A DNA stretch of 64,000 nucleotides. Origin: a virus. Numbering within the stretch: the first letter of the stretch is position 1; each line of letters starts with the position of its first letter. The stretch is taken from positions 7,703-71,702 of the IMG/VR virus record IMGVR_UViG_3300020118_000165; one strand, 5' to 3'. Below, piece by piece: positions 34,540-43,563 of the stretch. The notes beneath the pieces were generated by a model that was not told where the DNA came from, searched no databases, and saw nothing but the letters and a program-made list of their open reading frames with translations. The translations under genes and the position numbers were made by a program.

Positions 34540-35516
34540 TCGGCTGCCTGCGCTCTTGCTGCTTGGTTTCCCCAATAGTCCCACATCTTGCGCTCTCCAC
34601 AGTTGCGCCCGAACAACTCAATCTTGCGCACGTTCGGGTACATCCTATCAATAATATCATAAAACACGGGGGGCTTTGCGCTGTGCTCAAGACGCGGTGC
34701 CTCGACCACCGAATCCGGGCGCGCGTCCGTGGCTGGCGGCGGAAGCTCGCCGCGTTTGGCAATCAGCAGCGACTCGTGCTTCTCGCGGACGTGATAGCCC
34801 ATGCCAATCTTGTCTTTGACCCACACCATGTCGGTGCGATAATTGAACCCCCAAGCAGCGAGTACCGTCATGCACTCCGCGAGCTTGGGCGACGTCGCCC
34901 ACATGAACAGAACCGAGTTCTCGTGAGCAATCTCGGCGATGGGCAGCGCGCAAATTTCCTCAAGGTCCATTGTCGGATAATGGTTTTCGATAGAGCGGTT
35001 CGATCCCCCCATCGGCGGATTCTCGTAGCGCCATGGTGGGTCCGCGTATAGCACGATGAATTTGCCGAGAGCATTGGCATTGAACTCGACCTGCTCGGTG
35101 CGAGCAAGGGCGGCCTCTCTGGCAATCGCGGACTTCAGTTCATTGGACGACCAAGCCTTGCCGTGCTCACCCTTGACCGCGCGCGCAAGCCATTTGCACT
35201 GCTCGGCTGGAGATAAGTCGGCTACGTGCCGATGATGGGTCCAACTCAGATTTGCACAACGTTGATCCAGATCAACGTTGTGCGCTACATAGCCGTACAC
35301 TCTCACTGTCTGAAATTCCATGTCCTCCAGCGGCTCACCTTCCTCGAACAGCGCCTTGCGCGCGCCGTAGGCGTGCTCGCCATACGTCCACCAATCGCCG
35401 AGCCACCATTGCACCGCGCCTTCAATGCGCTGAAGACATAGGCCAGCATCAACCCACTGCCGCTCGGTCATTTTCTTCGGCAATACCCACCCAGTGGACG
35501 TAATCTTCCCTGGCAT
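34536..35516 (-). CDS. MT-A70 family adenine methyltransferase with LmbU-like N-terminus
   Basis: YADPPW, LFMWAT, VWVK, HSAKP, IELF; N-terminal WWLGDW and LSWTHH. Confidence 0.88.
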   Translation of the reverse strand: MPGKITSTGWVLPKKMTERQWVDAGLCLQRIEGAVQWWLGDWWTYGEHAYGARKALFEEGEPLEDMEFQTVRVYGYVAHNVDLDQRCANLSWTHHRHVADLSPAEQCKWLARAVKGEHGKAWSSNELKSAIAREAALARTEQVEFNANALGKFIVLYADPPWRYENPPMGGSNRSIENHYPTMDLEEICALPIAEIAHENSVLFMWATSPKLAECMTVLAAWGFNYRTDMVWVKDKIGMGYHVREKHESLLIAKRGELPPPATDARPDSVVEAPRLEHSAKPPVFYDIIDRMYPNVRKIELFGRNCGERKMWDYWGNQAARAQAAE

Positions 35517-35536
35517 GTTTAAGCCGCCATAAATAC

Positions 35537-36085
35537 TTATCGGAACAGCGCTACGCTTCGGCATTGTTCAGCTTCCTCTGTTGGTCGATCATAGCTCTCC
35601 GCCCCGTACAATGCCATCAGGCAGGCCTCCGCGCGCCCGTGGTGCGCCTTCGACGCCAGCAGCGCCGTCGCCCCGAAGACCTGCAAAGCCTTCTGTCTGG
35701 CCACCTCCTTGGCAGCCCCGACCGAGCCGGCCGCTTTCGCGCCAGGAAGGTCAAGGGCGCGTTTCCAGACGGCGGGCTCTATAACGACCAGCGGGATGCC
35801 AGAGAGCACCACGACGGCTTCTAGCGCCCCGGTGACCCGGCCGTAGAGGAAGCCGGAGGAAGCGCCCTGGTCCGGCATGGCCTGCGCGCGCTCGATGAAG
35901 GCTCGCTCCGGCTTCCACCGGCGTATCCAATTCAAAAGCCAGACGGCATTTAAACGCCGCTTTGGTCCGGTCCCGGCAATAGGAATGTCAGCAGCGGCGA
36001 TGAGCGCAGGGCAGTCGAATGGAGTGCACGTCTCGATGACGGCAATGCCGCCTACAATGCCCGGATCAATGCCTAAAATTCGCAT
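35537..36085 (-). CDS. RuvC-like Holliday junction resolvase
   Basis: ILGIDPG, AFIE, P..WK, GRAEA. Confidence 0.85.
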   Translation of the reverse strand: MRILGIDPGIVGGIAVIETCTPFDCPALIAAADIPIAGTGPKRRLNAVWLLNWIRRWKPERAFIERAQAMPDQGASSGFLYGRVTGALEAVVVLSGIPLVVIEPAVWKRALDLPGAKAAGSVGAAKEVARQKALQVFGATALLASKAHHGRAEACLMALYGAESYDRPTEEAEQCRSVALFR

Positions 36086-36272
36086 CGCGGTTTAGTCTTT
36101 TGTGTTAGAATATCGATACCCGGCGCGGTATGGGCGGGGCATGCCTCGGTATGCTGCGGCTCGGCACGCTAGGCCATGGCGAGGAAAACGGCCGGCCTGG
36201 GTACGTTCGGGCCGGCCGCCTTGCCAGGGCGCGCTGGGCTGGGTGTTGGGAGTGCGCGCCCCGTGCCTGGAT

Positions 36273-36728
36273 TTACGCGACGGCCTCGGCCTCTTCCTCG
36301 TTCTCGACGGCCCGCAGCGGCGGGCGGCCGCGCCGCGGCGTCTGTTCCGGCTCCTCACCGCGCTCGGGCTCTTCAGCCTGCGCCTCCTGGAACAACTCCG
36401 CTTGTCGGCTCGCGCGCTCGTCGAGCAGGCCGATTCGTCGATAATGGTCCAAATGCGCCAAGCAAATCGCGAGCTTGTCATCGTCGAGTCGGTCTAGCCT
36501 GCGGAAGATGCTGAACGCCCGCTTGTCGAGGTGCTTCTTCTCCACCGCGTCCGAGATGATGCCGCCCATCTCGCTCACGCCCTCGTTCTTGGTGCCCTCA
36601 GCGACTTTGACCTTGCGCACCAAGTTCTTGAAGTCCTTCTCGGTGGGGAACTCGAGCTGCATGGTCCTCTGCAGCGTGTCGTCGGTCGGTGTCTTCGGCT
36701 TGTTCTTGCTGCCCTTCGGCCTCGGCAT
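36273..36728 (-). CDS. GapR-like (DUF2312-like) DNA-binding protein with N-terminal AT-hook-like motif
   Basis: PRPKGSKNK; helical pattern ...DKRAF..FRRL..LD...LDHY. Confidence 0.5.
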   Translation of the reverse strand: MPRPKGSKNKPKTPTDDTLQRTMQLEFPTEKDFKNLVRKVKVAEGTKNEGVSEMGGIISDAVEKKHLDKRAFSIFRRLDRLDDDKLAICLAHLDHYRRIGLLDERASRQAELFQEAQAEEPERGEEPEQTPRRGRPPLRAVENEEEAEAVA

Positions 36729-36841
36729 TTTGGATTCTCCTGCGGTGTGTGATTGTGTGAACGGGGAGCGGCTGTCGGCACCAGAACTAGAATCCTCCCG
36801 CCGAGTATTGTCAATACGCGCCAGAAGATTTATCACCAAGC

Positions 36842-38233
36842 ATGGCAAAGAAATCAAACGAGCTGCGGCCCTGGCCCGCCGACTCGGTCACCCGCTGGCC
36901 CATCGAGAAAATCCGCGAGTACCCCAACAACCCGGTCATCCATAGCGATGAGCAGATCGCGCTCATCGCCCGCTCGATGGAGCGATTCGGCGTCACCAAC
37001 CCACTGCTCGTGGACGAGGGCGGGGAGATCATCTACGGGCACGGACGCAAGCTCGCGGCGGTCAAAGCCGGCATCAAGGAGTTGCCGGTCTGCGTCGCTC
37101 GCGGGTGGACGAAGGAGGAGCGTACTGCTTACAGAATTTTAGACAACGAATCGGCCCACAAGTCTGCATTTGATATCCCGCTCCTGCGAGGCGAACTCGC
37201 TCTGCTCAGCACCGCTGGCTTCGACCTGTCGCTCACCGGATTTACCGGCGAGCAACTACTCGAATTTGAGGACCGAGAACACGGGTCTGACCCAGAGGCG
37301 ACGCCTGAGCCGCCAGTCACCCCAATCGTCCGCAAAGGTGACCTCTGGATACTCGGGAAGCATCGCTTGTTATGCGGGGATGCTACGTCAAAATCGGACG
37401 TAGCCCGGTTGATGGCCGGAGAGAAAGCCGCGCTCATGAACACCGATCCGCCCTACGGCGTGGACTACGGTGATATCGCCAACTCACGCTCGCGGCCCGC
37501 GAGCGTGAGGAAAGGCGGAAATGGAAAAAACTACGCGACGCACGTCAACAAGACCATTGAAAATGATGACCTGGACGGAGTCGCATTGCAGGCTTTCCTT
37601 GAGTCGACTATTCGCACAGCGCTGCCACATCTAATCGCTAATCCAGCATTTTATTTATGGCATCCGATGCTCACTCAGGGCACGTTTTTTGCAGCAGCAG
37701 CAGCAGCAGCAGCAGCAGACATCCTTATCCATAGGCAGATTATTTGGGTCAAGCCATCTCTGATCATGGGGCGAGGTGATTATCACTGGCGGCATGAGCT
37801 GTGCTTCTATGGCTGGATACGAGGCAAACGGTGCGCTTGGCTGCGAGGAAGGGATCAGGACACGGTCTGGGAGATTGGGCGCGAAAATGATAATATCCAC
37901 CCAACCCAAAAGCCGACCGCGCTGTTCACGCGACCAATCGAAAATCACACAAAGAGCGGCGACTTGGTCTATGAGCCGTTTAGTGGTTCCGGGACTCAGA
38001 TTATCGCCGCCGAAATGACGGCGCGTCGGTGCAATGCGATTGAGATTGCTCAAGCTTATGTTGAGGTCGCCGTTGAGCGCTGGCAAACGTTCGCAGAAGG
38101 GGACGCGATTCTCGAAGGAGACGGCCGTGACTTCGACACCATCAAGCGAGAGCGACTACGATCCGCAAAAGGATCTGGCCGAAGCCGCCGCCAAAGGCTG
38201 GAAGCACGAATCACTTCGCGCGATAGCGGGTAA
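36842..38233 (+). CDS. ParB-like N-domain fused to N6/N4 DNA methyltransferase
   Basis: YPNNP..H, FG.TNPLLVD, GHGR; HRLLCGD, TDPPY, HPTQKP, EPFSGSGT. Confidence 0.92.
   Translation: MAKKSNELRPWPADSVTRWPIEKIREYPNNPVIHSDEQIALIARSMERFGVTNPLLVDEGGEIIYGHGRKLAAVKAGIKELPVCVARGWTKEERTAYRILDNESAHKSAFDIPLLRGELALLSTAGFDLSLTGFTGEQLLEFEDREHGSDPEATPEPPVTPIVRKGDLWILGKHRLLCGDATSKSDVARLMAGEKAALMNTDPPYGVDYGDIANSRSRPASVRKGGNGKNYATHVNKTIENDDLDGVALQAFLESTIRTALPHLIANPAFYLWHPMLTQGTFFAAAAAAAAADILIHRQIIWVKPSLIMGRGDYHWRHELCFYGWIRGKRCAWLRGRDQDTVWEIGRENDNIHPTQKPTALFTRPIENHTKSGDLVYEPFSGSGTQIIAAEMTARRCNAIEIAQAYVEVAVERWQTFAEGDAILEGDGRDFDTIKRERLRSAKGSGRSRRQRLEARITSRDSG
37691..37717 (+). repeat. (GCA)9 trinucleotide repeat encoding poly-Ala in the DNA MTase
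   Basis: Direct reading. Confidence 0.95.
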
Positions 38234-38738
38234 CCTGTCCCGGCTTTTTGTCCTTGATGAGGACGAGGCCAGCCGCCCTGGCCATTTGCGGCATTGAAAC
38301 GGCTGTCCATTTACAAGCTTTGAGCACTTCCGCAGCGGTACATCCCTCCCGGCGCTGCAACAGGTCGGCAATCATATCCAGCTTGGAGCCCTTGCGCGCG
38401 GCGCTGGTGGGCTTCTTCGCGGGCGCTGCCTTGCCCGCCTTCGGCTTAGCTGGCGCACCGGCGGCCTTCCCTGCCTTGCTGGTGGCCTTCTTGGCGGGAG
38501 GCTTCGCTGCGGCTGTCTCCCGCAGGGCCCTCAGCTTGGCCTCCTTCGACTGGGCGGACGGGGGCTTGGCTGGCTTCTTGTCCTGCCCAGCCGCCCGCCG
38601 GAGCGCCGCGGGGATGTCCGGCAGCGCCGCGTTCGCGGCGTCTACCTTCGCGTTCCCGGTTGGCACGGCTGGCTTCGGCTCGGGCTTCCCCGCAGGCGGG
38701 GGCGTGTCGGCGGTCGCGCACTGGATCGTGGTCATCAT
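38211..38738 (-). CDS. DUF3489-like protein with A/K/P-rich linker
   Basis: RKGSKLDMIADLLQRREGCTAAEV..ACKW. Confidence 0.7.
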   Translation of the reverse strand: MMTTIQCATADTPPPAGKPEPKPAVPTGNAKVDAANAALPDIPAALRRAAGQDKKPAKPPSAQSKEAKLRALRETAAAKPPAKKATSKAGKAAGAPAKPKAGKAAPAKKPTSAARKGSKLDMIADLLQRREGCTAAEVLKACKWTAVSMPQMARAAGLVLIKDKKPGQVTRYRAK

Positions 38739-39079
38739 AGCTGTTTCTCCATCGGTTTTAGGTTCCGCTCGCAAACTCCGCACGTCTCGCTTGCCCTGAC
38801 CGCCATCCCGCAGATGGCGCAGGTAACGCGCCGCTCGCCGACCCCGCGGTTGTCGTAGAGCAGAGGGGTCTTGCTGGTCCACTCAGCCGCGCTACCAGCC
38901 CAGATGCGGCCGTTGTAGCTGATGTGGCCCACCTGCTTGCCGTCCCGGTACAGCGCGGTGGGCGGCAGGCCGGAAGCGCCGAGGCCCAGCCCGTCGCGCA
39001 CGTTGGTGTAGGTGTCCGAGCACTCGACAAGGGTCGGGATCTCAAAGGTCATGCGCCTGATTGAGAATGTGTAGGCCAT
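38735..39079 (-). CDS. Hypothetical protein
   Basis: GLGAS...GHISYNGRIW; GGAGGG SD. Confidence 0.55.
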   Translation of the reverse strand: MAYTFSIRRMTFEIPTLVECSDTYTNVRDGLGLGASGLPPTALYRDGKQVGHISYNGRIWAGSAAEWTSKTPLLYDNRGVGERRVTCAICGMAVRASETCGVCERNLKPMEKQL

Positions 39080-39163
39080 GTCAGTTCCCTCCGAAAATAA
39101 CGACGCCGAGCACGTAGCCGAAGGCCAGGGCCGCCGCGGCGTTCCACACGAGCCAGGGCGCCC

Positions 39164-39358
39164 TCATGACACCCTCACGTTCAGGCGCGTGCCGTAGGTA
39201 GCCACCAGCCGCCCCGTCACGTCGAGCATCTCAATGAGCTTGCCGGTGCGCGAGGCCGCCCGCCGCGCCGCGTCGAGCGCCTCGTATTGCACGTAAGTCC
39301 CGAGGTCGCGGTATTGCCCGGCGACTCGGATAGTCAGGAATAGGGGAAGGTTTGCCAT
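39164..39358 (-). CDS. Hypothetical protein
   Basis: First gene of the leftward divergent unit. Confidence 0.45.
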   Translation of the reverse strand: MANLPLFLTIRVAGQYRDLGTYVQYEALDAARRAASRTGKLIEMLDVTGRLVATYGTRLNVRVS

Positions 39359-39379
39359 TGCGTTCTCCATCGGTTTGCC

Positions 39380-39452
39380 ATCGCGGCAATATTTGTATAT
39401 AATCCGAAATATGCGGCGCTGTAAATACTAAAAATGGCTGGAAACGAAAAAA
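39380..39452. promoter_or_regulatory. AT-rich divergent promoter region
   Basis: Strand switch; TATAAT at 39398-39403. Confidence 0.5.
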
Positions 39453-39647
39453 ATGACGGGAAATATGAGGCCAGGTCCGGGCCGCCCGAAGGGCAAAACC
39501 ATGGATAAACCCATGTGTTTGCGCATGAACGACGCAGTTTTGCGCATTTTGGACCGTTGGCGGGCAGGCCAGAAGCCGCCCTTGGGGCGCTCGGCGGCCA
39601 TCCGGCGGCTTATAGAGATGGCGGGGGGCCGAAATGCGCGATCCTAG
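39453..39647 (+). CDS. Ribbon-helix-helix (CopG/Arc-like) regulator
   Basis: GRPK...LRM...LDRWR...RSAAIRRLIE. Confidence 0.75.
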   Translation: MTGNMRPGPGRPKGKTMDKPMCLRMNDAVLRILDRWRAGQKPPLGRSAAIRRLIEMAGGRNARS

Positions 39648-39968
39648 CCTACAGATTGTTATAGCCGCCGCGGACTGCCCTTGGTCCATCTGGTACGCCA
39701 AGGCGCTCGCCGCCCACGCCGAGTTCCGGGACGGCAACATCGGCGAATCGGAGTATCGGGCCGCGTTGGCGCGGCTGGGCTTCCTGCGGCGCGAGATCGA
39801 CGCCGAGGTCGAGATGCACAAACCGGCGGGGCGGGGACGATGGGCCTAAAGGACGACATCAAGGACGACCCTTTCGGCTTCGCCGCCATGGTTGTCGTAT
39901 GTTCCGTCCTGGCGCTCGTAGGACTCTACGCTTTCATCTTTTTAATCAGCTGATGGAGAACAAACCGG

Positions 39969-40167
39969 ATGGCCTACGACCAGCGCTGCTACGACCTCGC
40001 CGAGGTGTTCCTCGATGATAGCCCGCACCTGAACACCGAGCGGCGGCGCGACGAGCTCGCGCAGCTTATCCAATCCACTATCGAGAGCTTCATCAGCTAC
40101 GAGGAATCGAACTACGAGCCGCCCCGACCCGCCCGGGTTCGAGGGCGGGTTCGCGGCAAACCACTGA
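39969..40167 (+). pseudogene. Small acidic protein, +1 frameshift in the C-run near 40122-40125
   Basis: Removing one C gives ...YEPPDPPGFEGGFAANH* ending just before the next SD. Confidence 0.55.
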
Positions 40168-40185
40168 CTGAGGGGGAGAAAACCA

Positions 40186-40505
40186 ATGTTCCTAGAGACG
40201 AAGCGGGGAGGCGAGGCGAAGGATGGTCCTTTTACCCTTTTGGCGCTGATCGCATGGCTGGAACGGCAGCCAGCTGACAAACCGTATAATTACATCTGCA
40301 TGGATGGGCTGTGTTTGTTGGGGCAGTACTTTTCAGCGGTTTGCGAACCAATAACTGGAGTCTCGGCGTATTATGTAGATTCAAATCTAATCCCCTCGCT
40401 CGGATTCCGTTCCCGCCAGCCCTCAATGAGGTAGCTGTTTGGCGTCCGTATACCTTCGGCGCCGCACTTCAGCGGGCCCGCGCGATGCTCGCAAATGCGG
40501 ACTAG
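40186..40505 (+). pseudogene. Conserved phage hypothetical protein, frameshifted near 40395
   Basis: LIAWLERQP...CLLGQYF in one frame; PYTFGAALQRAR in another. Confidence 0.5.
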
Positions 40506-41157
40506 GCGTCCCCGCTCCTACATCCCACTGCCCGAGCGGCTCGCCGCGGCGCTGGCCTGCCTGCTTCCCCCAGAGCAGAGCGAAGAACTCCGTCGGCGTA
40601 AGGCACCCGCGCAAGAGGTTCTGGCTCTATTTGAGTTCGAGCAGGGCAATGGCTGGTGGGATACTATTTTGAAAAGAGCCCCTAATCAGCCCCTCGACTT
40701 CGGCGAGGTCTGGCTGCCGATCCGCGGCTATGAGGGGATTTATGAGGTCTCTAACTATGGCCGCGTTCGGTCTCTGCCACGGACTTATATCCGGATATGT
40801 CATGTAAAGAAACGGATACTGAGCACCAAAAGTGGTCCCGATGGCTATCCGCGAGCGAACCTATGCGTAGATGGAAAACCAGCGACTCGGCTCGTCCATC
40901 AATTGGTAGCAGAGGCATTCATCGGGCCGTGCCCTCCCGGAAAGCTTGTTTGCCACAATGATGGAACACGGAAGAACTCGAAACTGTCAAATCTTCGCTA
41001 TGACACTAATTCTGGCAATATGGCCGACAGGTTGATCCATGAAACGTCCAACCGATTCCGAACGCCGAAAAAATATCCCAATCAAGATAAAATTAGCGTC
41101 CGCGCTGCTCGCGCTGTGCGATATCCCTTACGAGGACGCAAAACAAATGACCGCTGA
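40495..41157 (+). CDS. NUMOD4-HNH homing endonuclease
   Basis: W.PIRGYEGIYEVSNYGRVRS; VHQLVAEAF, VCHNDG...N...NL. Confidence 0.9.
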   Translation: MRTRRPRSYIPLPERLAAALACLLPPEQSEELRRRKAPAQEVLALFEFEQGNGWWDTILKRAPNQPLDFGEVWLPIRGYEGIYEVSNYGRVRSLPRTYIRICHVKKRILSTKSGPDGYPRANLCVDGKPATRLVHQLVAEAFIGPCPPGKLVCHNDGTRKNSKLSNLRYDTNSGNMADRLIHETSNRFRTPKKYPNQDKISVRAARAVRYPLRGRKTNDR

Positions 41158-41428
41158 TCAAATCATCTCTCTCTATCATTTTGATCATGGAATTTTGCAT
41201 GCGATCGAGCCGATCAATGAGCCATGGAATCTAACCCCAAGGCTCATTGCCGCCCACCGCGAGAAGTCCCGCCGCGACACCTCGATCGTCGCCAAGTCTC
41301 GGCGCATAGACAAGAAGTGGAGCGAGGTCACCGCGGCGATGGCGCGGGGGCGAAAGCCGCCGAGGCGCGCGAGCAAGTGGCCGCGCCGGAAGATGATGTC
41401 GGGCAACCGATGGAGAAGCGGAAAATGA
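41039..41428 (+). CDS. HNH-like small protein
   Basis: HFDH...NEPWNL.P.....HREK; basic tail. Confidence 0.6.
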   Translation: MKRPTDSERRKNIPIKIKLASALLALCDIPYEDAKQMTADQIISLYHFDHGILHAIEPINEPWNLTPRLIAAHREKSRRDTSIVAKSRRIDKKWSEVTAAMARGRKPPRRASKWPRRKMMSGNRWRSGK

Positions 41429-41610
41429 CCATCGACAGACAGCACGGGAAGCAGAGCGTCACCTGCGACGCTTGCGGCGAGCAGATAGAGCGCGGTTCGG
41501 ACTGCATGCACTTCGACGAGTGGGTCGACGCGCTGAAAGACGAGGGTTGGCGTTTCTACAAGCGCCGCGGCGATTGGCAGCACGAGTGCCCGCAATGCAA
41601 CGGAAAATGA
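41425..41610 (+). CDS. Small Zn-binding protein
   Basis: CDAC...GW...H.CPQC. Confidence 0.6.
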   Translation: MTIDRQHGKQSVTCDACGEQIERGSDCMHFDEWVDALKDEGWRFYKRRGDWQHECPQCNGK

Positions 41611-41699
41611 GGCTCGCGAAGGCCAGCCGGGGAGTGGTCGAGGACCCGGCCTTCATCAGCGAAGACCACTCCCGCCCTAAGCAAACGATGGAGAGCGAA

Positions 41700-42038
41700 A
41701 TGATAGTTAAGGTCCTGGAACTCCGCGACGCCGGCACATTTATCCCGGTCATTTGCATCAAGCCGGTGCCCGAGAACGAGGGGCAGCGCTACCTCCTGCG
41801 CCGCGACGGCTACTCGTGCAACCCGATGGATCGGCTTGTCATTATGATCAACGCGCAGTGCCGTGGCGCGGCTTACGACCCCTACGACTGGCGCGACGCC
41901 CGCACCAAGCGGACGGCGCACATCTACATCCAGGAGAAGTGGGAAGACCTCCGGGACGGCGACGTGATCGACGTTCAATTCCTGCTAGGCGAGACCGACA
42001 AGCCGAAGGTCAGCGAGCGGGAGACCGCGCCATGCTGA
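41700..42038 (+). CDS. Conserved phage hypothetical protein
   Basis: ELRDAGTFIP...YDPYDW...GDVIDVQFLLGET. Confidence 0.65.
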   Translation: MIVKVLELRDAGTFIPVICIKPVPENEGQRYLLRRDGYSCNPMDRLVIMINAQCRGAAYDPYDWRDARTKRTAHIYIQEKWEDLRDGDVIDVQFLLGETDKPKVSERETAPC

Positions 42039-42209
42039 CCACCCCGCAGTTCGTCGCCACCGTCCTCCTCGCGGCGGTCTTCGTCGCCGGCAGCACGGCG
42101 ATGATGGTCGCCTTCGGCGTCCGCTGGATTCACCCGCCGCCGAGCCACCAATGCGTCCATCCCACGGCGATGCCGGCGACGTGGTTCGGCGACTGTCGCC
42201 CATAAATAT

Positions 42210-42238
42210 TTGCAGCGGGCGGCAGGATTTGCTAGAAT
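42210..42238 (+). promoter_or_regulatory. sigma70-like promoter
   Basis: TTGCAG-N17-TAGAAT. Confidence 0.65.
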
Positions 42239-42247
42239 ACGAATCTT

Positions 42248-42357
42248 GGCGTGGCTCGATAGGGCAACGTTAGGTAAGGTCAGGTTGAGTTGGGCGTGGC
42301 TTGGCGGGGTCTGGCATGGTCAGGCAAGGTCCGGCACGATCTGGTGAGGCAAGGTTT
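42248..42357 (+). repeat. Pentamer-periodic tract, 22 units of mostly GGYNN
   Basis: ggcgt ggctc gatag ggcaa ... ggcaa ggttt in strict 5-nt register. Confidence 0.9.
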
Positions 42358-42365
42358 TTCTTCCG

Positions 42366-42477
42366 CGGCGATCAACGCGGTTAGAAGCGGCATCAAACAC
42401 GAATCTCCTTCGCGTTCGGTGTCGCAGATGCGACCCCTGAAACCGCTTCCGGGCTTGATCGGCCGGCGCGAAGGAGA
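42366..42477 (+). ncRNA. Candidate pseudoknotted leader RNA (element D)
   Basis: Two 7-bp stems, one 5-6-bp hairpin and an 11-bp loop pairing in pseudoknot order. Confidence 0.55.
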
Positions 42478-42517
42478 CCTACATTGGCAAGCGCAAAAGT
42501 CATCGCGATTAGTGAGC

Positions 42518-42592
42518 GGCGCGGCCAGGTTTGGTTAGGCGCGCTGAGGTTGGGCCCGGCGGGGCAAGGTCCGGCAAGGTATGGCAAGGTTT
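42518..42592 (+). repeat. Pentamer-periodic tract, 15 units of mostly GGYNN
   Basis: Ends ggcaa ggttt like the first tract. Confidence 0.9.
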
Positions 42593-42615
42593 TTAATTCC
42601 CGATGGAGAAAAAAT

Positions 42616-43563
42616 ATGGAAGCTAAACTATGGGATGGAGCACCGATCAACGTGCCTGGGCTTTATCGCGGTATTCCGCTTGAATCCTATCATTCTAGCG
42701 TCATCTGTATCGGGCCATCTATCAGCTCATCTGGCCTGCGCTGCATCGACCCAGATAATGGCGGGAGTCCTGCGCATTTTTATTCGCGGTGGAGCGGCAA
42801 CCCGCGCCGCGTCGAGCAGAAGGACCCGAAGCACTTCATCATCGGCCGCGCGGTTCATCATCTGATGTTGGGCGAAAAATGGTTCAGTAGATTGTTCAGC
42901 ATCAGGCCAGAATCATATCCTGATAGGAGGGTTTCGAACGTCATGAAGCCGTGGCACTCGAATCGATTGGAGTGCCGCGCGTGGCTCGACAACCAGGAGC
43001 GGCTCGGCAAGTCGGTGCTGACGGCGGCCGACGTGGAGAACATCAAGGGGATGGCCGAGTCGCTCGCGCGCCTTCCGCTGGTGCGCGCCGGCATCCTCAA
43101 CGGCCAGATCGAGCGCAGCATCTTCTGGAAGGACGAGGAGACCGGCGTGTGGCTCAAGGCGCGGCCTGACGCGATACCGACGGGGTCGGGTGATTTTTGC
43201 GATTTGAAAAGTTGCCAGTCGGTCGCTTGGCCGGACCTCATGCGCCAAATTACTGAGCACCGCTATCACCAACAGGCCGCTTGCGTCCGCACCGCCGCCG
43301 TCGAAGTCCTCGGCATCCCGAAGGAGCGGTTCACCTTCACGCTCGTGTTCGTCGAGAAGGAGAATCCCTGGTGCGGCCGCACCGTTCAACTCAAGCCCGA
43401 CGACCTCGACATGGGCGAGAAGCAGAACCGCAAAGCCATCAACATCTTCGCCTCGTGCCTCAAAACCGGCGATTGGCCGGGGCCAGGAGAGAACGACGAC
43501 GCGCCGTTCATTGATTTGCAGGACCACTATCGCAATAGGATCGCGCAGAGGCTGGCGTCATGA
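42616..43563 (+). CDS. RecE-like (DUF3799, PD-(D/E)XK) exonuclease
   Basis: YH...ISSSGL, G.AVH, E.SIFW.DEETGVWLKARPD, DLKS, Y..QAA. Confidence 0.88.
   Translation: MEAKLWDGAPINVPGLYRGIPLESYHSSVICIGPSISSSGLRCIDPDNGGSPAHFYSRWSGNPRRVEQKDPKHFIIGRAVHHLMLGEKWFSRLFSIRPESYPDRRVSNVMKPWHSNRLECRAWLDNQERLGKSVLTAADVENIKGMAESLARLPLVRAGILNGQIERSIFWKDEETGVWLKARPDAIPTGSGDFCDLKSCQSVAWPDLMRQITEHRYHQQAACVRTAAVEVLGIPKERFTFTLVFVEKENPWCGRTVQLKPDDLDMGEKQNRKAINIFASCLKTGDWPGPGENDDAPFIDLQDHYRNRIAQRLAS

Noticed and set aside
42290-42538. ORF over the pentamer tract (MGVAWRGLAW...)
   Set aside because: Low-complexity translation of a 5-nt periodic repeat, no SD
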